Part shown: piece after piece, positions 45,866 to 53,238 of the stretch
Layout: each line of letters starts with the position of its first letter
Position numbering within the stretch: the stretch's first letter is position 1
NCBI GenBank assembly: GCA_963834085.1
Contig: CAWIAJ010000003.1
Location: 3,834-67,833 of the forward strand
Origin: an uncultured Acidobacteriaceae bacterium
GTDB taxonomy: Bacteria > Acidobacteriota > Terriglobia > Terriglobales > Acidobacteriaceae
Direction: 5' to 3'
DNA length: 64,000 nucleotides
Made by a program: the position numbers and the translations under genes
Notes under the pieces: model-generated
Databases searched by the model: none
What the model was told of the DNA's origin: nothing
What the model saw: the letters and a program-made list of their open reading frames with translations, nothing else

Positions 45866-47269
45866 ATGATTGCGTACGTGCTGCTGCGGGTGTTCGTTAT
45901 CCTGCTCCTGGTAGCGGCCAATGCTTTCTTTGCCGCGGCCGAGTTCGCGCTAGTCAGCGTGCGCGAGACGCGCATCCAGCAATTGATTGAGGCGCACCGC
46001 GCGGGCGCTCGTACCGTCCTCAAACTACACCAGCAACTGAGCCGCGTCGTAAATGGCGTGCAACTCGGCATCACCGTAACCAGCCTGACTCTTGGGTGGC
46101 TGGGCGAACCGGTGTTGGCTCGACTTTTTGAGAGCTGGATCGGAGTGGTGCCGTACGCTGCGGTTTACGCGCATGCGATCGCGGTCACTGTTGCCTTCGT
46201 GTCGATCACGAGCCTGCACGTGATCATGGGGGAACTCGTGCCGAAGTCGCTGGCGCTGCAACGGGCGGAGAGAGTCGCGCTAGCGGTGGCCGCTCCGATG
46301 GAAGTTTTTCTGACGCTTACGGGGCCGTTGACTATAGGAATGAGCCGGGCTGCAGGATTTGTTTTGCAGGCATTCGGGACGCAGGATGTCAGGCACGGGT
46401 CGGTGCATTCGCCGGACGAACTGAAGCTCATTGTGACGGCTGCGCACACGTCCGGGCAACTTTCTTCGGCGCAAGAGGAGATGCTGTTGAACGCGCTGGA
46501 GCTCGACGATATTACGGCGCGGCAGGTGATGGTTCCGCGAACGAGAATTTTTTCGCTGCCATCGGACCTCAACTTGGACGAGGCGCTTTCGCGGGTGGTG
46601 GATGAACAACACTCGCGTGTGCCCGTGTATGATCCGCAGCGCGGGCCCGAACATATTGTGGGCGTGTTGTATGCCAAAGACCTGATGCGATGGACGCGGT
46701 TGCGGCTGCGCTTCGGGCTGATTGCTCCTCCTTCAGCGCAGCGGATTGCCGAGATGAAAATTGGCCAGATTATGCATGATGTGCTGGTCGTTCCGGAGAC
46801 GAAATCGCTGCTGGACTTGATGGGCGAATTCCAGCAACGGAAACGGCATCTGGCGGTGGTGGTTGACGAGTTTGGTTCGACGGCGGGAGTGATCAGCGTG
46901 GAAGATGTGTTGGAACAATTGGTCGGCGAACTGGAAGATGAATTCGATGTTGCGACTGCGCAAACAGCGGTTACGGATGCGAACGGTCCGCTGATTCTCG
47001 ATGGAGCGGTTAATATTCGCGATCTGGAGGCGCAGTACGAGCTGAAGCTTCCGCAGGATGAGGGTTTTGAAACGCTGGCTGGTTTCGTGCTGTCGCGGCT
47101 GCAGAAGATGCCGACGGGCGGCGAGGCGTTCGATTTCGAGCGGCGGCGTTTTATAGTGGACAAAATGGATGGGCATCGCGTGGCGTCGGTGCGAATCGAA
47201 ACTCTGCCCGCAGCTTCGGCGGAGGTGGAAGAGGCACGATCGGCTTCGGCACAAAGGGTGGGAGACTAG
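45866..47269 (+). CDS. hemolysin/CNNM family protein (DUF21 TM domain, CBS pair, CorC_HlyC)
   Basis: FFAAAEFALVSVR at the N-terminus and the internal MVPRTRIF and HLAVVVDEFGSTAGVISVEDVLEQLVGE motifs are typical of TlyC/CorC proteins. Confidence 0.85.
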   Translation: MIAYVLLRVFVILLLVAANAFFAAAEFALVSVRETRIQQLIEAHRAGARTVLKLHQQLSRVVNGVQLGITVTSLTLGWLGEPVLARLFESWIGVVPYAAVYAHAIAVTVAFVSITSLHVIMGELVPKSLALQRAERVALAVAAPMEVFLTLTGPLTIGMSRAAGFVLQAFGTQDVRHGSVHSPDELKLIVTAAHTSGQLSSAQEEMLLNALELDDITARQVMVPRTRIFSLPSDLNLDEALSRVVDEQHSRVPVYDPQRGPEHIVGVLYAKDLMRWTRLRLRFGLIAPPSAQRIAEMKIGQIMHDVLVVPETKSLLDLMGEFQQRKRHLAVVVDEFGSTAGVISVEDVLEQLVGELEDEFDVATAQTAVTDANGPLILDGAVNIRDLEAQYELKLPQDEGFETLAGFVLSRLQKMPTGGEAFDFERRRFIVDKMDGHRVASVRIETLPAASAEVEEARSASAQRVGD

Positions 47270-47275
47270 CCCGCG

Positions 47276-48193
47276 ATGCCGCGCTACATCATCACGCGTG
47301 TTCTCTACACTCTGCCTGTGATCTGGCTCGTGGTTTCCACGGTATTTCTGCTCATTCACTTTGTGCCGGGCGACCCGGTGCAGCAGATGTTGGGGGAAGG
47401 GGCGACGGGCGGGGATATTCAGGCGGTCCGGCACGCTTACGGGCTGGATGTGCCGTTGGGGCAGCAATATCTGCACTACTGGCGGGGAGTGCTGCACGGA
47501 GATTTGGGGAAGTCGCTGCGCTTCAATCAGGGAGTGACGAGTCTGATCGTGCAGCGTTATCCGTTTACGTTGCAACTGACGCTGGCGTCTTTGCTGGTGG
47601 CGATTGTGCTGGCGATTCCGGCGGGTGTGCGGTCGGCGCAGCGAAGGAATTTGTGGGACGACCGCACGCTGAGCGTGGTGAGCTTGTTTGGATTGTCGTT
47701 TCCGAACTTCGCGCTGGGGCCGGTGCTGATCCTGTTTTTTGCGGTGAGGCTGGGATGGCTTCCGGTGTCGGGCTCGGGTACGTTTGCGCACTTGATGCTT
47801 CCGGCGATCACGATGGGGGGCGCGCTGGCGGCGATCCTGACAAGAATGGTGCGCACCTCGATGCTGGAGGAGTTAGGGCAAGACTACATTCGTACGGCGC
47901 GCGCGAAAGGGCTGACGGAGAGAGCGGTGGTGTATCGTCATGCGCTGCGGAATGCGATGATTCCGATCTTGACGGTGTTGGGATTGCAGTTTGGGGCGTT
48001 GCTGGCGGGTGCGATCGTGACGGAGACGATTTTTTCGTGGCCGGGGATCGGACGGCTGACGATCCAGGCGATTGGGAACCGAGATTATTACCTGGTGCAG
48101 GGATGCATTCTGGCGATTGGGCTGACGTATGTCGCGGTGAACTTTCTGACGGACTTGTTGTACTCGGCGGTGAATCCGAGGATTAGGCAATGA
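47276..48193 (+). CDS. ABC transporter permease, Opp/Dpp B-type
   Basis: The N-terminus MPRYIITRVLYTLPVIWLVVSTVFLLIHFVPGDP and the EAA-loop region DYIRTARAKGLTERAVVYRHALRNAMIPILT are typical. Confidence 0.85.
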   Translation: MPRYIITRVLYTLPVIWLVVSTVFLLIHFVPGDPVQQMLGEGATGGDIQAVRHAYGLDVPLGQQYLHYWRGVLHGDLGKSLRFNQGVTSLIVQRYPFTLQLTLASLLVAIVLAIPAGVRSAQRRNLWDDRTLSVVSLFGLSFPNFALGPVLILFFAVRLGWLPVSGSGTFAHLMLPAITMGGALAAILTRMVRTSMLEELGQDYIRTARAKGLTERAVVYRHALRNAMIPILTVLGLQFGALLAGAIVTETIFSWPGIGRLTIQAIGNRDYYLVQGCILAIGLTYVAVNFLTDLLYSAVNPRIRQ

Positions 48194-48759
48194 CGAAGAG
48201 CGACCTCGAAGCTCTGGCCGGCTTGGACTCTGTTCCATGGCGAAACTTGAAACATGCCTACGGACCCGCAATCGACGTTCCCGAGTTGATCAGAACCTTG
48301 GCGTCTGGGGACAAGAAGCGGCGAGAAGAAACGTGGTATACACTCTACGGCAATCTTTGGCACCAGGGAACGATCTACGAAGCAACTAGCTATGCAGTCC
48401 CTTTTCTTGTTCGACTGCTGGAAGCACGTGATGTCTGCGAGAAGCAACAGATCTTGCTCTACTTGGCGATGCTCTTCACCGGGCGATCATTTTGGGACGT
48501 CCACAAGAGCACGATAAAGAGCGAGGTCTCGAAGCCTGGTTTCGAGGAAAAGCTGAATGCCGAACTGGAATGGGTAGCCGCAACGAAGTTGGCCATTAAA
48601 GCAGGGAAAGAGGTCTACATCCGGCAGCTCCATGGGGACGCTGTCGAACCAAAGATCGCGGGGGCTTATTTATTGGGACTTGTCGGCGAAAGTGATGATG
48701 AAGAAGACGAGCGAGAGCTGAGTGTCTGGGAAGAAATTGCAAAGAGCTGTGAACCCTAA
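48190..48759 (+). CDS. HEAT-like helical repeat hypothetical protein (189 aa)
   Basis: Its ATG overlaps the stop of the preceding permease gene (ATGA, 48190..48193). WRNLKHAYGPAIDVPELIRTLASGD...LWHQGTIYEATSYAVPFLVRLL resembles a family I recall being annotated as HEAT repeat protein. Confidence 0.55.
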   Translation: MTKSDLEALAGLDSVPWRNLKHAYGPAIDVPELIRTLASGDKKRREETWYTLYGNLWHQGTIYEATSYAVPFLVRLLEARDVCEKQQILLYLAMLFTGRSFWDVHKSTIKSEVSKPGFEEKLNAELEWVAATKLAIKAGKEVYIRQLHGDAVEPKIAGAYLLGLVGESDDEEDERELSVWEEIAKSCEP

Positions 48760-48764
48760 GAGTG

Positions 48765-49043
48765 TCAAACCAATTCAACCACGACCTGCTGCCCCACTAG
48801 CGCCGCCGCCCGCTGCAAACTTGACAGAGTGATATCGCGTTTCGGATCGAGAATGCGATCGACCTGAGAGCGGCTCGTTTTCAGCAACACCGCCATGCGC
48901 GCCTTGGAAATCTTTCTCTTCTTCATAGCCTTGGCGAGTTGCCAGGCCACGACCTCTTTGACAGCTTGCGCCTGCGCCTCCTCAAAGCTGCTTTCCTTCT
49001 TCAAGAAGTAGTCAACGCTCGATCCCAGATTCTTTTTACTCAA
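48765..49043 (-). CDS. helix-turn-helix (XRE-like) antitoxin-like protein
   Basis: 92 aa with a TTG start. ISKARMAVLLKTSRSQVDRILDPKRDITLSSLQRAAALVGQQVVVEL is an HTH followed by the ending typical of HigA-like partners of RelE/ParE toxins. Confidence 0.6.
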   Translation of the reverse strand: MSKKNLGSSVDYFLKKESSFEEAQAQAVKEVVAWQLAKAMKKRKISKARMAVLLKTSRSQVDRILDPKRDITLSSLQRAAALVGQQVVVELV

Positions 49044-49061
49044 TTTCCACCCCAGTTCACC

Positions 49062-49348
49062 CTACTGCAAAACCCGTTTCCCGTGGATCACCGCAACGAT
49101 CAACGCCTCGTCTTGTTCCAATCGGTAAATAATTCGATAGCTGTAGACGACAAGTTCACGAATGGTCTCATCATCAAACTCCGGAACTTTGCGGCCTGCC
49201 TGCGGGAAACGCGCCAGAATCTTTGTTTGATTCACGATGTGCTCTTGAGGACAATGCCAGCGTAGGCGGGAGAATCGGCGGCAATATAGTCGATGATGGA
49301 ATCGAGATCCTGGGCGGCGCGTCTCGACCAGACTATTCGGTGAGCCAT
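49062..49348 (-). pseudogene. RelE/ParE family toxin; the frame is broken by a 1-nt indel as sequenced
   Basis: The N-terminus MAHRIVWSRRAAQDLDSIIDYIAADSPAYAGIV.. (ATG 49348) stops at 49232. The C-terminus ..QEHIVNQTKILARFPQAGRKVPEFDDETIRELVVYSYRIIYRLEQDEALIVAVIHGKRVLQ is in the -1 frame and ends at 49062. Confidence 0.7.
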
Positions 49349-49521
49349 TTGCTGAAGCGACTCTCCACTTCTTCCTGCGAGAGAGTACCGTTGACGCGGG
49401 CATCTTCCAGTCCGCGCCGCACCTTGTCGAGAACGTACAGGTGGTACTGGATGTCTTCCACCGATACGTTATCCGGCAGCCTGTTCAACAGCGACTCAAC
49501 ATCCTGTTTGACGTTGCTCAT
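49333..49521 (-). CDS. small antitoxin-like protein upstream of the ParE gene (62 aa)
   Basis: MSNVKQDVESLLNRLPDNVSVEDIQYHLYVLDKVRRGLEDARVNGTLSQEEVESRFSKWLTE. Its 3' end overlaps the toxin start by 16 nt, a typical type II arrangement. Confidence 0.55.
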   Translation of the reverse strand: MSNVKQDVESLLNRLPDNVSVEDIQYHLYVLDKVRRGLEDARVNGTLSQEEVESRFSKWLTE

Positions 49522-49563
49522 CGGGCACCTTTCGGCAAGCATAACACCTTCAAGACTTCTTGC

Positions 49564-49845
49564 TCACCTGATCCTTTTCTTCCGAGTCGCAAGTTCCGGC
49601 GGGATTTCGTCCCCTTCCATCGGAGGATTTCCTTTTCCGGCGCGCTTCAGGATACGCGCGACCTTTGCAGGAGCGGCTCGTCGCGCCCGCTTATTAAAGT
49701 AGTCCTCTGTCCGCAAGGCCGAAATCTTTTCCGCCACCGCCACGTTGATTAGTTGATTGAGAGCCACACCTTCAGACTCAGCGAGCTTTCGTGCCTCGTC
49801 CAGCAAAGACGGCTGCAACCGCAACGCAAAATTGCTTCTTCTCAT
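49564..49845 (-). CDS. ribbon-helix-helix (Arc/HicB-like) antitoxin
   Basis: FALRLQPSLLDEARKLAESEGVALNQLINVAVAEKIS is an RHH motif. Its ATG overlaps the PIN gene stop (ATGA, 49842..49845). Confidence 0.65.
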   Translation of the reverse strand: MRRSNFALRLQPSLLDEARKLAESEGVALNQLINVAVAEKISALRTEDYFNKRARRAAPAKVARILKRAGKGNPPMEGDEIPPELATRKKRIR

Positions 49846-50312
49846 GACGCGCTCCCTGGTTCAAGTAGGTTCGAAATAGTCATCGGTATAGTTTCCCAAC
49901 ATCCGGAGAGCTTCTCCGGGGGTATTACTTGACAACCAAAGCGACCTGCGACCGGATTAAAGTGCCGTTCGTTAAAAGTTACGATCGCGTCTGCGTTGCC
50001 GTTGAGCGCAGTCTCGAGGACCATATCGTCATTGGGGTCCGGTAAGGCTGGTCTCCAACGAAACGCAAACGTCACACGTTTCCCCAGTAGAGACAGAACA
50101 TCAAGAACGTCCCCGACATCTTCTGCGCTGATCCTCGAAGCTTTGAGATGCTCGGGCCGTTTGAGAACGGCCTCGTACTCCAATATAAGTGGCACTGAGA
50201 TCAGCACTTCGAAGTGCTGGGCAAGCGCGGCCAACAAAACTTCACGCGAAGCGTCCGTTTCGCTTCGCATGGCGGCGACCAGCACGCCGGTATCGAGCAC
50301 GTAAGCAGGCAC
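49842..50312 (-). CDS. PIN-domain toxin
   Basis: AYVLDTGVLVAA (first acidic residue), VPLILEYEAVL and DPNDDMVLETALNGNADAIVTFNERHF fit the PIN_3-type pattern. GTG start. Confidence 0.75.
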   Translation of the reverse strand: MPAYVLDTGVLVAAMRSETDASREVLLAALAQHFEVLISVPLILEYEAVLKRPEHLKASRISAEDVGDVLDVLSLLGKRVTFAFRWRPALPDPNDDMVLETALNGNADAIVTFNERHFNPVAGRFGCQVIPPEKLSGCWETIPMTISNLLEPGSAS

Positions 50313-50354
50313 AACTTGATGATATCGCCAGCAATATTGCCAGTGGAGTAGGGA

Positions 50355-50396
50355 CGGAAATGAGAAACGGCTGGCAGATTTGATCTGCCAGCCGTT
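50355..50396 (-). terminator. 14-bp perfect hairpin plus a T-rich tail, after the Gly/Tyr/Arg-rich protein gene
   Basis: AACGGCTGGCAGAT ttg ATCTGCCAGCCGTT spans 50366..50396. On the minus strand it is followed by TTCTCATTTCC. Confidence 0.55.
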
Positions 50397-50419
50397 GGTC
50401 GATTCGGGATGCAGTCGGG

Positions 50420-50845
50420 TTAGCGACCTCGGCTTCCGCCGTGGAAGCCACCGCGTCCGCCGCCGTGCACATCGCCGCCGCGGGCAACTACTCCGCCGCG
50501 ACCTTCATAGCCGTGTCCAACGTAGCCACGTCCTTCAAAACCGCGCCCTTCATAACCTCGTCCGACGTAGCCGCGAGCCCAAGGGCCTCCGTAGTAGCCG
50601 CGTCCCCACCCGTGGAACCAGGGGCCGGCGCCAATGAAGACGCCGTTGGCGAAGTAGCTCGGTCCCCAATATCCGTAGGGCGCACAGGCATACGGATAGT
50701 CTGGGTAATAGCCATAAGTGCAGGCGGGTGGGCCAGCTACGTAGCCGCCAACGCCTATCCCAACTCCGACTCTGATTTGCGCTTGCGAGTAGGCAAGCGG
50801 CAGGGCCAGTAAAGCCAACATCACTGCATATCTCAGGTATTTCAT
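50420..50845 (-). CDS. secreted Gly/Tyr/Arg-rich low-complexity protein (141 aa)
   Basis: GGGAGG lies 7 nt upstream of ATG 50845. After the signal peptide MKYLRYAVMLALLALPLAYSQA come PYGYWGPSY and GPWFHGWGRGYYGGPW motifs, then GRGYEGRGFEGRGYVGHGYEGRGG repeats. Confidence 0.6.
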   Translation of the reverse strand: MKYLRYAVMLALLALPLAYSQAQIRVGVGIGVGGYVAGPPACTYGYYPDYPYACAPYGYWGPSYFANGVFIGAGPWFHGWGRGYYGGPWARGYVGRGYEGRGFEGRGYVGHGYEGRGGVVARGGDVHGGGRGGFHGGSRGR

Positions 50846-50975
50846 GGTGAACCTCCCGTTTTTCCGTTCCTGCGTCGGTGCTTTGGTCGCTCGGAACATG
50901 AGGTCCTTCAGCTTTCACTTCTGAAGCGCCTGCACATTTAAACGCGGACGGGGGAGAAAAGTTGCGGAAACGGGA

Positions 50976-51012
50976 GTGGCTGATTTCAGCCATCCTGCGT
51001 GAAATCAGCCAC
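50976..51012. repeat. 13-bp perfect hairpin GTGGCTGATTTCA / TGAAATCAGCCAC with an 11-nt loop
   Basis: Read directly. It lies in the non-coding stretch between the Gly-rich gene start and the C-type permease gene. Confidence 0.45.
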
Positions 51013-51112
51013 TTGAAAGGCAAGCTGCCCAAGACGACCGAAACGCTTTGATATCTGTCTAGTAACGGCAGGGGGTCGCCATCGTTGCCCGGGACGTGCG
51101 GTTTCTATATAA

Positions 51113-51991
51113 GTGGAGAGCGAACTTCCCGACGTGTCTGCTCTTGCCATCTCGCTGCCGCGCCTTGCCCGCCACAATCCTCTGGCCGCCGTGGGGGTGG
51201 TTTTGGTGGCGCTGTTTGTGTTTTCCGCGATTTTCGCGCCGTGGATTGCGCCGCAGGATCCTGCACACATCGATCTGCCGAACCGATTGGAAACGCCTTC
51301 GAGGTCGCATTGGTGCGGCACCGACGAACTGGGACGCGACATTCTTTCGCGGCTGATTTGGGGAGCGCGAATTTCGCTGATCGTGGGTAGCAGTGTGGTG
51401 GTGTGCTCGCTTTTTCTGGGACTGATTATCGGCAGTCTCGCCGGATACTACGGCGGGGACGTGGATCGTTTCGTGAACGTGGTGGTGATGAATGCGTTTC
51501 TCTCTTTCCCCGGGATTCTGATCGCGATTGCGTTCGTGGCGTTTCGCGGACCCGGGATTTTCAACCTGGTGCTTGCGTTGTCGCTGGGGGGCTGGGTGGG
51601 CTACGCGCGACTGGTGAGAGCGCAGGTGCTGGCGGTGCGAGAGAGGGAATTTGTGGAAGCGGCGCGCGCGTTGGGCGCGGGAGATTTCCACATTCTGACG
51701 CGGCACATTCTTCCAAATATTATTCAGCCGGTAATTGTGCAAGCGGCGATTGGAATGGCGGGAGCGATTCTGGCCGAGGCGACGATGAGCTTTCTGGGGC
51801 TGGGCGTGCCGCCGCCGACGGCGAGCTGGGGATCGATGTTGAATGATGCGCGCTCGCATCTTTTTGACGCGCCGCATCTCGTAATGTTTCCGGCGGTGAC
51901 GGTGATGCTGGCGGTGCTGGCTTTCAACTTCATTGGCGACGCGCTGCGCGATTTGCTGGATCCGCGATCGCGGATTGAGGCGGGACTGTAG
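51113..51991 (+). CDS. ABC transporter permease, Opp/Dpp C-type
   Basis: NPLAAVGVVLVALFVFSAIFAPWIAPQDP, HWCGTDELGRDILSRLIWGAR and the EAA loop EFVEAARALGAGDFHILTRHILPNIIQP are typical. GTG start at 51113, with an alternative GTG at 51131. Confidence 0.85.
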   Translation: MESELPDVSALAISLPRLARHNPLAAVGVVLVALFVFSAIFAPWIAPQDPAHIDLPNRLETPSRSHWCGTDELGRDILSRLIWGARISLIVGSSVVVCSLFLGLIIGSLAGYYGGDVDRFVNVVVMNAFLSFPGILIAIAFVAFRGPGIFNLVLALSLGGWVGYARLVRAQVLAVREREFVEAARALGAGDFHILTRHILPNIIQPVIVQAAIGMAGAILAEATMSFLGLGVPPPTASWGSMLNDARSHLFDAPHLVMFPAVTVMLAVLAFNFIGDALRDLLDPRSRIEAGL

Positions 51992-52308
51992 TTCGTTCTT
52001 CCTTCTTCTGAATGTTTTCTTTGTTTCTGCTCTACCCTGCCAGATCCCGTCCCGGAAATTTTTCCAAAAAAACAGATTATGTCGTGAAGAAAGCAATATT
52101 TCTGTTTTTCGCCCGTCAGTACTAGTAGGGACTCGTGTTTCCGAGGAATGGGAGTTGTAACGTGGTTGTAATATTTGCAATCTTGATGTCGCCGAACGGG
52201 TTTTTCAATGCTCACTTTTGCCTTTCTTTCACGTCCAATTGAAGCAGAAGACATAGTGGAACTTTTCCCAGGGGTAGTCCGTATCCATCACAAGTAAGGC
52301 AGGCTCAC

Positions 52309-52689
52309 ATGAACAAACATATGGAACTGGAATATCAAATCGAAAGCTTGCAGGATGTAGCGGTCGTGAACTGCTCAGGGCGCATGGTGCGCGGAGCGGC
52401 GCTCGACCAGTTTCGGCGCGGGATCGAGCAACTGGAACGCGTGCGCGTGCTGGTGCTTGATCTTTCGGATGTGGAGCAACTGGATGCCGGTGGATTGGGC
52501 ACGTTGCTTCTGGTGCGGCGATGGGCAGTGCAGAGATCGGCGAAATTGAAGCTGGTGAATCCTCCGGCTTTCTTTCGAAGGATGCTCGACGCGACGCACT
52601 TGAACTCGGTGTTCGAGATTTCGTCCCTGAAGGATGCCATCCAGATTTTGCGGGGCAGGGAATGCCCCGCACGGTACGCGATCGCGTAA
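52309..52689 (+). CDS. STAS domain protein (anti-sigma-factor antagonist-like)
   Basis: VVNCSGRMVRGAALDQFRRGIEQL...VLVLDLSDVEQLDAGGLGTLLLVRRW...LKLVNPPAFFRRMLDATHLNSVFEI fits the SpoIIAA-like pattern. Confidence 0.75.
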   Translation: MNKHMELEYQIESLQDVAVVNCSGRMVRGAALDQFRRGIEQLERVRVLVLDLSDVEQLDAGGLGTLLLVRRWAVQRSAKLKLVNPPAFFRRMLDATHLNSVFEISSLKDAIQILRGRECPARYAIA

Positions 52690-52781
52690 CTCTGCTGTGC
52701 TGCGCTGCGGGCGTGATGGTTCGCGAACGTGGCGCGGCACAAAATCTTGCACCGACTGACGGTCCCAGCCATCTATTGGTT

Positions 52782-53066
52782 ATGGCTAAAGCAATTTGGG
52801 AAAACACCGTCATCGCTGAATCTGACAAAACCATCGAAATCGAAGGCAATCAATATTTCCCTGCGGATGGGGTGAAGAAGGAATATTTCGCTCCGAGCGC
52901 GAGACACACGGAATGCCCGTGGAAGGGAACTGCCAGCTACTACGACGTTAAGGTGAATGGAAAGACGAACGCGGACGCAGCTTGGTTTTATCCCGAACCG
53001 AAGGAGAAAGCGAAGCAGATTCAGAATTACGTGGCGTTCTGGAAGGGTGTTCGGGTTGAGAAGTAA
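52782..53066 (+). CDS. DUF427 domain-containing protein
   Basis: From the internal ATG at 52782 it reads MAKAIWENTVIAESDKTIEIEGNQYFPADGVKKEYFAPSARHTECPWKGTASYYDVKVNGKTNADAAWFYPEPKEKAKQIQNYVAFWKGV. This is a close match to the family pattern. Confidence 0.8.
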   Translation: MAKAIWENTVIAESDKTIEIEGNQYFPADGVKKEYFAPSARHTECPWKGTASYYDVKVNGKTNADAAWFYPEPKEKAKQIQNYVAFWKGVRVEK

Positions 53067-53238
53067 TCTGGCTCGCGTATAGAGGCTGGCACTTTGCCGG
53101 TTGAGCAGTTCTGCGGGCGGTAGCCGACGGCGAGCTGAAATGCAGTCGCGGCCATCCGAACTCTGCATTATCCTTGGCAGGTTGATGGGCACAGGTGCGG
53201 CAACCCGCCTGTAACTTGAAGCCTGCCGAGGAAAAAGA

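Larger units (their letters stand above)
48190..51112. other. 2.9-kb accessory islet (seven genes) separating the B-type and C-type permease genes
   Basis: The gene content is unrelated to transport, six of seven genes are on the opposite strand, and third-position G/C bias looks weaker by eye. No mobility gene was seen. Confidence 0.5.

Noticed and set aside
46165-47791. 332-aa and 352-aa minus-strand ORFs (46165..47163, 46733..47791)
   Set aside because: They are antisense to the CNNM/TlyC and B-type permease genes. Their compositions are Ser/Arg-rich or Arg/His/Gln-rich and show no motifs.
51059-52180. 373-aa minus-strand ORF
   Set aside because: It is antisense to the C-type permease gene. 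The product is Arg/His/Asn-rich with no recognisable domain.
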